Assembly (NCBI GenBank): GCA_963787835.1
Contig: CAWBEI010000002.1
Coordinates: forward strand, 864,001-928,000
DNA length: 64,000 bases
From: Ignavibacteriota bacterium
GTDB lineage: Bacteria > Bacteroidota > Ignavibacteria > Palsa-1295
Direction of reading: 5' to 3'
The notes beneath the pieces are model-generated. The model saw only the letters and a list, made by a program, of their open reading frames with translations. It was not told the origin of the DNA and did no database searches. This document shows positions 11,001 to 20,020 of the stretch, piece after piece (positions within the stretch are counted from its first letter, which is position 1; the number at the start of each line of letters is the position of its first letter). The position numbers were made by a program, and so were the translations under genes.

Positions 11001-11236
11001 TCCAAGAACCATACTTCGGCTCCATTTGCAATAAGCAATTTGCCGCCGATATGGAGGTCGCCGGAGATCTGGTAGATCGTATCGCGGGCCGAATTGTTCG
11101 GCACACGCGGATAGAAATATACCGTGACGCCCGGGTTAATATAACCCGACACACGTTTGATGTACTGTGCGTTCACCTGGCCGGTGGAGGCCATGAAGCC
11201 CAGCAGCACAAGTAGCGCTGCAAAGCAACGGCGCAT
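5066..11236 (-). CDS. Giant (about 2056 aa) T9SS-secreted adhesin-like protein: Pmp-like GGAI/FxxN beta-helix, putative Ig (He_PIG/cadherin-like) domains, FlgD-Ig/T9SS CTD
   Basis: Start moved to ATG 11236 (GGAG SD; MRRCFAALL signal peptide). Repeated GGAIY/GGAIC/GGAIE/GGAMY and FxxN motifs; PNWIHIDPYSGVLSGIP; LQPNYPNPFN...WDGTD...DGTYIA. Confidence 0.9.
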   Translation of the reverse strand: MRRCFAALLVLLGFMASTGQVNAQYIKRVSGYINPGVTVYFYPRVPNNSARDTIYQISGDLHIGGKLLIANGAEVWFLDNSRIVDSTGGKIIANGYATIPGLIPSDSIILFRGASEGDTSFEWGHFVILPNSDSAYFANVRFTNFRKRNTVDQTYLYSPIYDATHASFNNAIDNVINGVGGVIATFSAKTYLYNVIVDSCRASFAGGAFAFLQSPVGWPAPDDGRLALANHQVCLLTIRDTRVYNNETSAPTSNLALGGAIYMASNATSYVAADNVVGYLGHSPFVTGTPANPIFFTATQDQMLFERCTANNTFNLLSSNVGTDFAEGGAIYVGTNSGLVLSQATFNNDSAIEGYDLNSWGGAICVSPYAGNPHENLVTNGTPNDQMPGLAIMKTAMFNGCVAGMGGAIELGNPSNVLGMPVPRLIVNAENFVNGVRDSGKIEFDGNVAYTYGGAIYAPNQVYITGYLAPLSLAWPGGFDSIELRVKFYNNVAGEGGGSIYLDGNAGGTPDISERRSWHLQNSVNPFDARVNRGAQYAESVKGGGAEYVGFRDSTFSTEFNGNFVVGGNGGAVMIEDEIACANQTAINRYFAENQYNAQNPTIPQDPTASIFPYDQRELTRFIGNAAYLGPDSAGLYSYDPSNTESAHGRGGAMYIRITSDLCSLAPIDSTIISQARFERNEAYSGSAIWSDQFDLKIMTNLTLISNNICTSTSSATVDLDSSGVANPGDPNVGATIWADFEGPIPSYASNSRNDAIYGNSARYVVRLPVSPVIGKSGVDTLRGNFWGETGPGIVTEEHPPTGVEQGSFFIDYYNGCYTNIYEPNSNPTYSYQANSIGTIPDTLLMEGRVYDLYDRGTNMKTADYSNRRLAPSEAFSLGLPANIVKIHRFTRNIFDQDSTYVNKIDLMQIDFTGPHPIGYPLFLQADVALSDSNRDDNAENYTTYIVLNQSTNEFVRVNLKEIKAAEGGSDVQQTYQGRLDFVPDSSIVERHPNLRTNTLFSLSLLRPSAWTYAEAQRASLLEDSAALAGREYTLSPSDLNAPGDVVQMDCESGGPKTGTWYAGEKYHTLPVRPGDNIYVISRTQLWKYGAAYAIANGLQFTIGNVLPPQFVGDIPKLQSDPYNPNVRFVKEDVNYNNSNANTTLFRIGGYDPNNFYDPRFLFNPGNYTQLGINVSIDLFKGDVVPSGAAPGGATYIPAAALDSVENHVRLTHWLHQTVIYNQNITGSNGYVQLSGQPHNPDVVPGGESLTATLTNFPPNYVSENGLLNGFPGALGPDSESLSMWVFPPYMNCDRNPDSTTAIPDTLCVAASTNTYHFKIVVMDSVPVFDAIGPSSCGYPGPVGILTDSLRYSLDLNTDDEREDSAAAVETEAPATTNSLNPDLVRHLAWSTGPTDTSFYRNFKYGRTSYNFVTQPSWMVEPQGGIYVPIDSTDPNFLRLGIINVRIDSSDAVNNYLQTVPQVNPNPGELNLDTVMAVMANDGHTGQTIVNEPITILFAPTFLTTTLPDAKEGIDYSLNFQNANDIQRIQVQNLNPEHSLTYRLLYRGNTEYLFRDFPNKVPAEDSMLANGTWVVSKSHMGKPDTIVGTTPNWIHIDPYSGVLSGIPGDTDAPSFPGTCNGPDTLTVVVTDGNGTSYCVAAWETIPINVDSVNHPPAFVRGPGEMCVLNNTQFCDSITVYDPDLTRMPCAVDTITVTDSNGFKINGSGSTVTFTGQLSNDSVRFQICGSFNENSNYFSQVPVPQEFVKVIVHDISGLSDTMRLPVNLGENPAFECTILVSNTQTTLHPLVDVQQLCFGAGQSATDGIDQQYCEYELAPIPPSSSFDARWVLPIGGSVDGTTIDIRNNSNASITWQVEFQPGDDGGGAGSLYPIQICWTRSCLDSASLPAPFNTGHFYLRDPQSSQEFSIDMATGQGPIDNSLYTLKSVGSDTECLQIRNQGLTNAIIVFQPANSGVGTSSQTQFALQPNYPNPFNGATTLSFSVQTRSNVRIDIYDVKGALIRTIVNESLDAGSYPVTWDGTDASGAPVPDGTYIATMRAGSFGSSVKMSMERSAQ

Positions 11237-11475
11237 CGCAACTCCGTTAGTGAGGAACGAGAACCGTCCTGAGCTCACGCGAGCCGCACGGTCTGTAACT
11301 GAAAGGCAATTGTCCTGGTCGAGTCTCATATGTCCAGTTTTCTACTTAGAACCCAAATAGGTTTTGGAATCATTTTGTCGCCTGTGAGCACCTCGGAGGA
11401 GCTGTTTCGTCCTCTCAAAGCACCCTGGCGGTTGCTAAAACATTTTATGAACGCGGGAAAACCAATTTCCTGCGC

Positions 11476-12207
11476 TTAAAGCTCCACATTCATTTTCAAG
11501 AGCTCTCTCTTGGCGGCATCGTCGAACTGACCGCTCGGGAAGTCCGCCGCGAGCTTTCGATACAAACGGACTGCGTCGTCCTTTTTATTAGCCGCTTCGT
11601 AGTCACGGGCGGCGGAAAGCAGGTAATCAGCGGCAAGCGGATTTGTATCGTCCCGTTGCGCCGCTGATTCAAATAACTTCGCAGATTCGATTTTGTTACC
11701 GCTGTGCTCCAAAATAGCTGCGCGACCTGCTTCGATAGAAGCTTTTACGATCGGATAATCGGATGAAGCCTTTTCGAACTCCCGGCTGGCGCTATCGTAC
11801 TTGCCAAGGGCATAGTATGAATTCGCAAGCAAGAGTGTGGCTTGGTTGCCCGATGACGTCGATCCGTATTCTTCCGAGATGTAACGAAGCCCATAAATGG
11901 GTTCGCCATCTACCTTCTGCTGACGGTTGCCATCAATTGCATGACGGTAATCATCATTAAAGTAGTAATAAACTACCCGCGAAAGATACGTAGCCGCGTG
12001 ATCGCTATTCGTCTTCTGCTGTCCCACCCACCACCAGAGCCCTGCGATGAGTGCTACAAGCACTACTCCAGCAGCCCCTACGGTCCGCTGGTTATTAAGA
12101 ACCCAGTCCTGAGTAGCCTCATAGCGCAGAAGAAGCCTCTCTGTTTGAGAAAGCCGCTCTGCGCCTGGTTGCTCTATTTCCTTAAGTTCTCGCTGAGAAC
12201 GAATCAT
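11476..12207 (-). CDS. Membrane-anchored tetratricopeptide repeat protein (YfgM-like)
   Basis: Single N-terminal TM helix (VGAAGVVLVALIAGLWWW) followed by TPR-like helices. Confidence 0.8.
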   Translation of the reverse strand: MIRSQRELKEIEQPGAERLSQTERLLLRYEATQDWVLNNQRTVGAAGVVLVALIAGLWWWVGQQKTNSDHAATYLSRVVYYYFNDDYRHAIDGNRQQKVDGEPIYGLRYISEEYGSTSSGNQATLLLANSYYALGKYDSASREFEKASSDYPIVKASIEAGRAAILEHSGNKIESAKLFESAAQRDDTNPLAADYLLSAARDYEAANKKDDAVRLYRKLAADFPSGQFDDAAKRELLKMNVEL

Positions 12208-12321
12208 CCGTTAAAAAAACTTATTCCGTATCCACGGGGCATGAGCCCAGAATTCTTCGGGTCGCATTACATGGAGCACCACCTTTCGGCAAAGCACCAT
12301 TTGGCACGCTGCGTTCCGTTG

Positions 12322-12395
12322 CGCGCCCGGAAGGACTTGAACCCTCAGCCTTTGGAACCGGAATCCAACGTTCTATCCAGTTGAACTACGGGCGC
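12322..12395 (-). tRNA. tRNA-Arg(CCG), CCA not encoded
   Basis: GCGCCCG acceptor stem, D-arm TAGTTCAACTGGATAGAAC, anticodon arm TTGGA-TTCCGGT-TCCAA, T-loop GGTTCAAGTCC. Confidence 0.97.
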
Positions 12396-12659
12396 CAGCC
12401 TCACTGGCAAGCATCATCAACGTAAAAGGCGGGGGTTAAAAACCCTCGTCTTCGACGTTCCGGACGATCTTCCCGATACAAATATACGAAGTATTTTAAC
12501 AACCCGAAGAAAATCCCGATTTTTTTCAGGTCGTAGCCTACTTTTCCATTCGTATTAGGATGTCGGACAAGGAAGCTCCTAAACAACCTCGCATTTCGAG
12601 TTTTGTTACACCCCCCTGACAGCTTTTTTAAATATTTTTTCTAACAAGAGCTTTTCAAT

Positions 12660-12859
12660 GAGACACCCGCCCCAATTGGACGAGTGTCTCCAACCATGAT
12701 AGAGCTCCGCACCTTGCTGCCGAAATCCCGGAATTCATCCGGAATGGCGGAAACAAGGGGCGGAGCGAACGAAGAGATCACGACGCATCGTCGCCGATGC
12801 TCCATTGCCGACCCACAATTGAGTCTGCCCCTATAGCAACTGCGCTCCCTCTTCGTTCG
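12660..12859 (-). ncRNA. Candidate structured RNA or composite palindromic element (three stem-loop domains)
   Basis: Three adjacent stems that pair through G-U only on the minus strand; one GCGA tetraloop; no credible ORF. Confidence 0.4.
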
Positions 12860-12880
12860 ACATCCGCATGCCCACTTTTT

Positions 12881-12986
12881 TAATTAATAATTAAGAAGTA
12901 AAAATTAAGAATTGTGGCTCTTTGTACGATAATCCGTATCGTGGCATCCGGGGCCACCCCCACATTCTTAATTCTTAATTATCAAT
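12881..12986. repeat. Heptamer-periodic (TAAGAAT/TAATAAT) inverted repeat element abutting the rlpA stop
   Basis: TAATTAATAATTAAGAAGTAAAAATTAAGAATTGTGG ... CCACATTCTTAATTCTTAATTATCAATT. Confidence 0.6.
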
Positions 12987-13403
12987 TCATACTTTCCTAC
13001 TACCCCATTGTACTACTTCGAGCCGCACTTTTCCTAAGCCCGACCGGTCGATACCGATCGCTTTTGCGGCGGCATAACTAAGATCAATAACTCTCTCCTG
13101 CTTTACCGGGCCGCGATCGTTGATCCGGACTTCCACCTGGGCGTTCGTCGAGAGGTTCGTTACCTTTACGATGGTGCCAAAAGGGTACGTCCGGTGCGCG
13201 GCCGTGAATTTCGAATTGTCAAAGATTTCGCCATTCGAGGTTTTGCAGCCCTGAAATTCATTCGAATAATAGGATGCAATACCCTCCTGAGTGCCCATAG
13301 CGCTCATCATTGGCGCCATGGCACACCCGCTAAAGGCCAATGCTAAGAGCACCACGGCAGCGGAAATTCCCGCGCCTCGAATTTGCATTATTGAGGCTTT
13401 CAT
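12987..13403 (-). CDS. rlpA: Septal ring lytic transglycosylase RlpA family lipoprotein
   Basis: Lipobox FSGC; GIASYY, TAAHRTYPFGT, VRINDRGP, RVIDLSYAAA motifs. Confidence 0.93.
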   Translation of the reverse strand: MKASIMQIRGAGISAAVVLLALAFSGCAMAPMMSAMGTQEGIASYYSNEFQGCKTSNGEIFDNSKFTAAHRTYPFGTIVKVTNLSTNAQVEVRINDRGPVKQERVIDLSYAAAKAIGIDRSGLGKVRLEVVQWGSRKV

Positions 13404-13431
13404 CTGCAAGTGTTACATTCTTAGCAATACA

Positions 13432-13460
13432 AATATACAATGAAAAATATGAAAAGTCAA
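13432..13460 (-). promoter_or_regulatory. sigma70-type promoter for rlpA
   Basis: TTGACT-17 nt-TATATT(TG) about 30 nt upstream of the ATG. Confidence 0.6.
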
Positions 13461-13609
13461 GCAAAGACTTAAAGTATTTTCTATCAATCCTCATTTTACC
13501 CACAATTTGACACGATTTCGCAAGAAAATTCTTTGGGAAACGTATATTATTTTTTGGTTAAGGCGATTTATAGATTTCGAACGGGCCGAAATGGATAGAC
13601 ACCAGTATT

Positions 13610-16197
13610 CTATTCCTTCACAAACTTCGCCCTGTTCACGCCATCGCTGACAAAATACACGCCTGACGGAAGAGAAGAAATATCGATCGTATTTCCAGTT
13701 TGATGAACAGCATAGATCCTCCCAAGCGGATCGACTATCGTCAGCGGGCCGAACGGGGATGTAACGAAAATGTTATTTATGGCTGGGTCGGGGTAAATCG
13801 AAAATGTGCTTGCAACGTCGGGGGTGCTGGTAGTTATGCCCGATCCGACATAGTGATCGGTAGGATTGAATTGGATATAATCCGCCCATAGAATGGAATC
13901 CGTGGCGCGAGAATCGTGGCCGGTATAATGGAAGGCAAGGGTGTGTTCTCCAGCAGGAATAAATTTTATCCCAAGCGAAATGCTATCGTTCGTATAGAGA
14001 ACGGTATCGAATCCAGCGATGTGCGAGAGTGTGATACTATCTAGGATCACATCGAAATTCGCAAAGATCGTTCCTCTCCCATATTGGAAACCGATCGAAA
14101 AGGTATCGGCATAAGGGATAAAAAAGTGCTCGGTCGCTATGGTGGAAATAGAATCAGGGCGAAACCAAAGCACAGCATCATGGCTGAAATTATTGGGGAG
14201 ATGTTGCAAGAGCGGTAAAAACTCCGATGCACCGAAGACTGCCGTAGTAGAGTCGGTCCAAAAATCCTCGCACTCGTAACGGAGGGTGCGCGTGATCCGT
14301 ACCGGATCCGGCGAGGCAGTGCTTCCGCTTTTCACTCCAAGGAGTGAAACGAAATAAGTGCTATCGGCAAGCTCCGGCACTATTAACCACCCCGCGATCT
14401 GATTCTCTGGACTAACACTTGATCGGGAATAAGCACATTTCCCTCCGATGCTCGCCATTATGGAATCTCCCGGAGCGAATCCGGCGCCAACGAAGTGAAG
14501 CGTATCGCCGGTTTTGGCCGTAAGAGGTTTCGGTTCATCGAGCAGTTGGATGGTTGGAACACGGGTCACAAAAATAGTGTATGGAGAGGCAACTCCATTT
14601 ACGGAAAGTGTGTGAAAACCGACCGGAAGCGAAGGAACGGTTACTTGCAGATCGAACCCGCCATCGGAATTTGCTGTGGTTTGGCTTATGGGGATGGAAT
14701 CGAGGTCAATATCGATCTGCTCCCGGGAGGAATATCCGGCTCCGGCAATGTCCCATTGTTCGCCGCCAGGATCGTGTCATGATCCGTCCAGAATGGAATG
14801 TGGCGCTGATACCAGAAGGCAAGCGTGCGGTAGTATTCATGAGAGTCATTATTGTTTCCATGCTGGAAATCGAAATCGAACGCTTCCCGAAAATCCATCG
14901 CATCGAGATAGTGGAAACGGAAGTAATTTGCGAAATTATTGCTCGTTCCTCCGAAGGGCATAAAATAGTCTCCAGTGTAGAAATAGAGCGCGCCATTGAA
15001 ATACTCCTCGGTGCCTCCGTAATGGAATGAATTCCAAGTACTCGAATCGATCGTAAATACAGCGTCTCCCTCATACGTCTCAACGAGCTGCAGATCATGA
15101 ATACCCATCAGCAGGCCGATATATTTACCTTTTCCCTTGATATGCAGCACAGGATGGTACACGCCGTATCGCGTTGGATCTGTTTGGCTATATCTGGCAT
15201 GAAGATACCCGAATGTATCGCGATCGACCGCTTGTGGAATGAGCGAAACCTTCCCTTGAATGGTGACTGGCTTGCTCGAAATATTCCTGAATGCGATCCG
15301 CATGGAGCTCGCAAATGGCATAGGCAGCCGCATTTCAAATCCCGAATCCTGGGTGAATTCGATGGGCAGCGAATGCAGATCGCGAAAATCGTAGCTCTGT
15401 CCGAAGAGCGAGAGCAACGAAGTCGAGAACGAGGGTGACGCCTCGCCATCCCAATAAATATCAAGCCAGACGGAGTCCAGCGTCGAATCGTAATAACTTG
15501 GAAGCAGCCTAAAGGATCGAACGATGTTGGAACCCTTAATAGTGAGAAGTGTCGAATCAGCACCCGATGTTAGCAGTGCTTTATAGCTGGAATCGACGCC
15601 GGTTGTGCCACGCCATAGTAAAGAAGGGTTTCGATAGACACTATCTGCTTGCAACTCATCCTGAAGAAAAACCAACGTATTTAAGCCATCGCTGAACGGT
15701 AAGTCCACGCTTGCCGGAAGCGGCCGCCATGCAAAATCATACCATAACGCTGAAGAAGTACCCGGACATTTGGTCAGAAGCTGAAATCCCTTCTGGTATG
15801 AGATCTGAACATCGCAAAGCCTCGCTTCGCCAATAATAGTATCAAACGGATTTCGCATATTTCCATCTGGATGATCGAAAAAGTTCTGGAAGGTCGCACT
15901 CCGTAATTCCTGTCCATCGACGATGAGTTTTAATCCTGTTTCCGAATCCGGCAGGAGTGAAGTAAGCCATAGGTGGGTGATAATGCCGACTCCGGTATCC
16001 TGGGCAGTGACATAGTAATTCGAGTCCCATGCATAGCCCCAACCATACGCCTGACGTAGCGGGGCAAAATCGGGTTCGTTAAGCCGAGAAATTGCAAGCG
16101 GATCAACCAAACGTGAGTACGGATTAATGGTCTGGGCAAATAATGGTGCAGCGGCGGTAAAAGCAAGAACGCACAGAAAGGAGTGAGAGTACCGCAT
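13610..16197 (-). pseudogene. DUF2961 (GH172-like) secreted protein with Ig-like domains and T9SS CTD, split by a single-base frameshift near 14770
   Basis: ORF 14686..16197 has DUF2961 motifs (GIITHLWLT, IYWDGE, YEGD, GTEEYFNG, YFRFHYLD). The alternative frame from about 14770 (GGEQWDIAGAGY...) is open into ORF 13610..14569, which ends IYPDPA...SGVYFV...KFVKE. Confidence 0.75.
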
Positions 16198-16344
16198 GCT
16201 TAAAATTTGCTGGGAATTGGTTTCACTCTTAATAGGACCGAAGCCCTGGAAAAAATTTCGGGATTTAACCGCTTGAAAAATACAAACACAAAATTACTCA
16301 ATCCGGCTTCCTCGGCGAAAGGCAAAAATAATTACCCTATCGGG

Positions 16345-16399
16345 TCACCGCTTCGCCCAGCCCTTTAATCGCCTTCGTTCGGCCTGGGACATTTCTATC
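16345..16399 (-). repeat. Direct-repeat copy of the DEAD-box helicase 3' end (att-like duplication)
   Basis: 50/55 identical to 17002..17056; encodes the same [17 protein letters not shown]. Confidence 0.9.
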
Positions 16400-16403
16400 A
16401 CAA

Positions 16404-16713
16404 TCAATGGATGCGATGTTTCCAATAGTCCGGTTCCTTGCTTTCATGTGCTACGGCTAGAATCGTTGCAACCTCCCGCTCGATCATAAAAACAATTTGA
16501 TAGGGAAAAATTCTTGTCCGAAAGGACCGGATGTTCGGGTTAAGTTCGCGTCCCTGCATGGGATGTTCAGTGATCCTCTCTATACAATGTTCCACCTTCA
16601 TCGATCAAGCTTGCCGCAAGCGGTGGGCTGATCGTGGCATAATAATCTACGGCGCGCTCATATTCCTCGACGGCTTCGAGGTGATATCGTACGTTCAGTG
16701 GATGATCGCTCAT
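16404..16713 (-). pseudogene. RelE/ParE family toxin, frameshifted (one extra base near 16596)
   Basis: MSDHPLNVRYHLEAVEEYERAVDYY...LIDE joins VEHCIERITEHP...FPYQIVF...ILAVAHESKEPDYW in another frame; ATGA overlap with the antitoxin stop. Confidence 0.8.
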
Positions 16714-16946
16714 CCAACTCGTGTGCGAACCCGAGTACTTACTTCCTCCGCACTCATGGTCTTGGCGTTGCCGGAAAGAACCTCCTGCCGCCGCCGTTCC
16801 ACAACTTGAAGCCACTCCTGGGACAGTTCCGGCTCGCTTTTATCGATGCTTTCGACGATACGTGCCGCTAATGCCGCCCGTTCTTCGAGCGGCAATGAAA
16901 GCGCGGCTTGGGCTAATGTATCGAAAGAAAAGTTCACAGTGTTCAT
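16710..16946 (-). CDS. Addiction module antitoxin (TIGR02574-like)
   Basis: ALSLPLEERAALAARIVES...EWLQVVERR pattern; directly upstream of ParE. Confidence 0.85.
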   Translation of the reverse strand: MNTVNFSFDTLAQAALSLPLEERAALAARIVESIDKSEPELSQEWLQVVERRRQEVLSGNAKTMSAEEVSTRVRTRVG

Positions 16947-17001
16947 ATTTCTTATCCTGAACGGCGTCCCGTCATAGTAGAGTTTCTTCGAACAAAGAAA
17001 T

Positions 17002-18294
17002 TTACCGCTTCGCCCAGCCCTTCAATCGTCTGCGTTCGGCCTGGGACATTTCGATCGGCGGCGGGGGGGCATAGCCTTCTACGACGGTTCGCTCGATCTC
17101 GATGCCGACGCGCTTTTCGATGTCGCGCATGAGCGGCTCTTCTTCGGGGCTTACGAGCGTGATCGCTACACCGGTTTTTTCGGCGCGCGCGGTGCGGCCT
17201 ACGCGGTGGACGTAGTCATCCGGCGACATGGGCGGCTCGTAGTTGATGACGTGGCTAATGTCATCGATGTCGAGCCCACGGGAAGCCACGTCGGTCGCGA
17301 CGAGGGTATCGAACTTTCCATGCTTAAAATCCGCAAGCGCTCTGGTGCGCTCGGATTGGGTGAGATTGGAGTGGATCTTGGTGACATTCACTCTGGCATG
17401 TGCCAGCACATGCGCCACGCGGTCGGCATCGTGCTTGGTGCGCGTGAAGACGAGCGTTCGGGTGGGGATCGCAGATTGAGTCCCATCGGCATTTTCACTG
17501 GAAAGTTCCGTGAGGATTTTTAGCAGAAGTTCCGGCTTCTTCAGCTTCATCACGGAATAGATTTTTTGCGTGATGCCTTCGGCGGGTTTTCGGCGTCCGC
17601 CCACTTCGATTAGGGTGGGATCGTGCGTAAGCCGTCGCGCCAGTTCTTCGATGTCATGCGAAAGTGTGGCAGAGAACATGAGCGTCTGCCGGTCACGCGG
17701 GACATGCGCCGTGATGCGCTTGATCTGCGGCAGGAAGCCCATATCGAGCATGCGGTCGGCTTCATCGAGTACGAGGAACTCCACGCTGGCGAGCGAAATG
17801 ACGCGCTGCTGGAGGAGGTCGTTCAAGCGGCCGGGGGTCGCGATAAGAATGTCGCAGCCCTTCGAAAGATCGCGCTCCTGGGTGCGCTGGCTCACGCCTC
17901 CATAGACGACGACGGCACGAAGTCCGGTCCCCTGCGCAAAGCTGAAGCATGCTTCGAGGACTTGCATGGCAAGTTCTCGTGTGGGTTCCAGCACCAGGAC
18001 GCGGGGTTGATCCTTATGTTTCGGTTTTGGCGAGCAGAGGAGGGAGTCGATGAGGGGCAGCGTAAAGGCTGCGGTCTTGCCGGTACCGGTTTGTGCGATG
18101 CCGATCACATCGTGGCCTTCGAGAATCAGTGGAATGCCCTCGCGCTGGATGGGCGTCGGCGCGGCATAGCCGATCTTCTGTACGCGCTCGCAAATTTCAG
18201 GGATCAGGCCAAGTTCGAAGAATGGTAATTGCTCGATGCCGTTGGTGCCGTTTGGAGCTTCGTGCTCGAGGGGATGTTCTTGTTTTACCGCCAT
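17002..18294 (-). CDS. DEAD-box ATP-dependent RNA helicase (RhlE-like)
   Basis: Q-motif [39 protein letters not shown]. Confidence 0.95.
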   Translation of the reverse strand: MAVKQEHPLEHEAPNGTNGIEQLPFFELGLIPEICERVQKIGYAAPTPIQREGIPLILEGHDVIGIAQTGTGKTAAFTLPLIDSLLCSPKPKHKDQPRVLVLEPTRELAMQVLEACFSFAQGTGLRAVVVYGGVSQRTQERDLSKGCDILIATPGRLNDLLQQRVISLASVEFLVLDEADRMLDMGFLPQIKRITAHVPRDRQTLMFSATLSHDIEELARRLTHDPTLIEVGGRRKPAEGITQKIYSVMKLKKPELLLKILTELSSENADGTQSAIPTRTLVFTRTKHDADRVAHVLAHARVNVTKIHSNLTQSERTRALADFKHGKFDTLVATDVASRGLDIDDISHVINYEPPMSPDDYVHRVGRTARAEKTGVAITLVSPEEEPLMRDIEKRVGIEIERTVVEGYAPPPPIEMSQAERRRLKGWAKR

Positions 18295-18363
18295 GTCGTC
18301 ATTCGCTTTTTGTCAGCTTCGTCTAAAGTTTTCATATTTTCGTGGATGATATATTTTCATCAG

Positions 18364-19821
18364 ATGAGATTCCCGAAGCTGTTGGTGTCGCTTTCGCTTT
18401 TCTTAGTAACACTCACGAGCCAAGTTTCCGCACAGGCTCCGCGAACAATTTCGTATCAGGGTGTGCTTACCGGCAAAAATGGCGCGGCCGTCGCCGATGG
18501 GCAGCATATCCTGATTCTTGCGTTATATAGTACGAGAACAGGAGCGGTAGTCCTTTATAGCAAACAAGATACCGTTTCAACCGCCAACGGTGTATTTAGC
18601 ACCTTTCTGGACTCTATCCCTGCAACGGTCACATTTGCCGGGCCGATGTGGCTTGGCATTTCTATCGATGGCGGTTCAGAGCTATCACCGCGTTCGCCGC
18701 TTACATCGGCACCGTATGCACTCAATATACCCGAAGCCACTGCCGCTGTGACTGAGATAACCTCTGCGGATAAGACCGTTACGATCACAAACCCCAAAGG
18801 CCCGACGGTAGATCTTTCCGTGAAAGCGGCGGGCGTGGCATGGTCGAGCATTTCGGGCATTCCGAATGGGTTCCCACCCGATGGCGCGGCCGGTGGCGAT
18901 CTCATCGGTACTTACCCTACACCGACACTCGTAACAACCAGTGTAACACCCGGCAGCTACACCAATGCCAATATCACCGTCGATGCCAAAGGGCGGGTTA
19001 CTGCCGCAACGAATGGTTCAGGCGGCGGAAGCCTTTCGTTGCCATTCAATGGTACTTCATCCTCGAATGTGAGCTTCGAAGTAGGGAACACCGCCTCTAA
19101 TACAGGCATCGCAATCGAAGGTACCAGCAATTCCCCGAGTACATTAACATTTCCTGGAGGCGGGCTGTATGGAACTAATACAGATACGGCATCGAACGCG
19201 TCGGTATTCGGCGTAGTCGGTTTTGTTCATTCTGCTTTTTCAAGTTCAGGTGGAGTGTATGGCCTAAATAGCTCCCAGACCGGCGGCGAAGGAGTGCAGG
19301 GATTTGGATATTACGGTGTCGTTGGCACTTCGAACGCGACTGGATTTGCTGGAATTTATGGCTCCAACGGAAGCAACTCAAATGCGTATTCCGGATATTT
19401 CAATGGAGGCAAAGGCGTCTATATCGCTGGCGATTACACGGCAACTGGAACGAAATCTGCGCTTGTCCCGATCGGCAATGAATGGCGCAAGCTGTATTGC
19501 GAAGAATCATCCGAAGTGTATTTTACCGATTACGGTTCGGGAACCCTCACGAATGGCCGCGCCCATATCGATCTCGATCCCGCATTCCTGCAAACGGTTA
19601 CGATCGACGCTGCAAATCCGATGCGCGTTTTTATCGAAATGAATTCGGAGACGAACGGTGTTTACGTCGCGAAACACGCAACGGGGTTCGATGTCATCGA
19701 AAACGGCGGCGGAACTTCGAACGGCGCGTTCGATTACCGTATTGTCGCAAAGCGCAAAGGGTATGAAGGTGTGCGTATGGAGTCAGCACAACCACCCCAA
19801 GCTCTAAATTTATCAAAATAA
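18364..19821 (+). CDS. Secreted Gly-rich fibre/adhesin-like protein with C-terminal intramolecular-chaperone-like (peptidase G2-like) domain
   Basis: Start moved to ATG 18364 (MRFPKLL signal peptide); [11 protein letters not shown]...[10 protein letters not shown]-domain; GVYG/GVVG repeats; [18 protein letters not shown]-domain. Confidence 0.7.
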   Translation: MRFPKLLVSLSLFLVTLTSQVSAQAPRTISYQGVLTGKNGAAVADGQHILILALYSTRTGAVVLYSKQDTVSTANGVFSTFLDSIPATVTFAGPMWLGISIDGGSELSPRSPLTSAPYALNIPEATAAVTEITSADKTVTITNPKGPTVDLSVKAAGVAWSSISGIPNGFPPDGAAGGDLIGTYPTPTLVTTSVTPGSYTNANITVDAKGRVTAATNGSGGGSLSLPFNGTSSSNVSFEVGNTASNTGIAIEGTSNSPSTLTFPGGGLYGTNTDTASNASVFGVVGFVHSAFSSSGGVYGLNSSQTGGEGVQGFGYYGVVGTSNATGFAGIYGSNGSNSNAYSGYFNGGKGVYIAGDYTATGTKSALVPIGNEWRKLYCEESSEVYFTDYGSGTLTNGRAHIDLDPAFLQTVTIDAANPMRVFIEMNSETNGVYVAKHATGFDVIENGGGTSNGAFDYRIVAKRKGYEGVRMESAQPPQALNLSK

Positions 19822-19846
19822 AAAATTCTGAGCAAGACCCTTATAC

Positions 19847-19974
19847 CGTCATTGCGAGAAGGAATTGCGCAACAAAGTGGAGCAATTCCGACGAAGCAAT
19901 CTCTCCGCTTCGGGACTGAGGTTGCTTCGTCGAACATTCATCGCTCCGCTCTGAATGTTCTCCTCGCAATGACG
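19847..19974. repeat. Cruciform palindromic element, family A, copy 1
   Basis: GTCATTGCGAG..hairpin..CGACGAAGCAATC..GTTGCTTCGTCG..hairpin..CTCGCAATGAC; same scaffold at 45301 and 48753. Confidence 0.88.
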
Positions 19975-20020
19975 TGTTAACAATCCACTATCAACTATTC
20001 ACTAATCCATTCTTGTCATC

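Noticed and set aside
12322-12395. tRNA-Arg as an island integration site
   Set aside because: No integrase and no duplicated tRNA 3' end noticed in the window
17455-17510. Short extra loop ([13 protein letters not shown]) in the DEAD-box helicase as another coding repeat
   Set aside because: No match to any repeat family here and only a weak hairpin
18229-18363. Upstream start extensions in the ORF track (also 11329, 4993, 22413, 26868, 32328, 37037, 56481)
   Set aside because: Downstream ATGs give proper signal peptides or family N-termini and avoid overlaps
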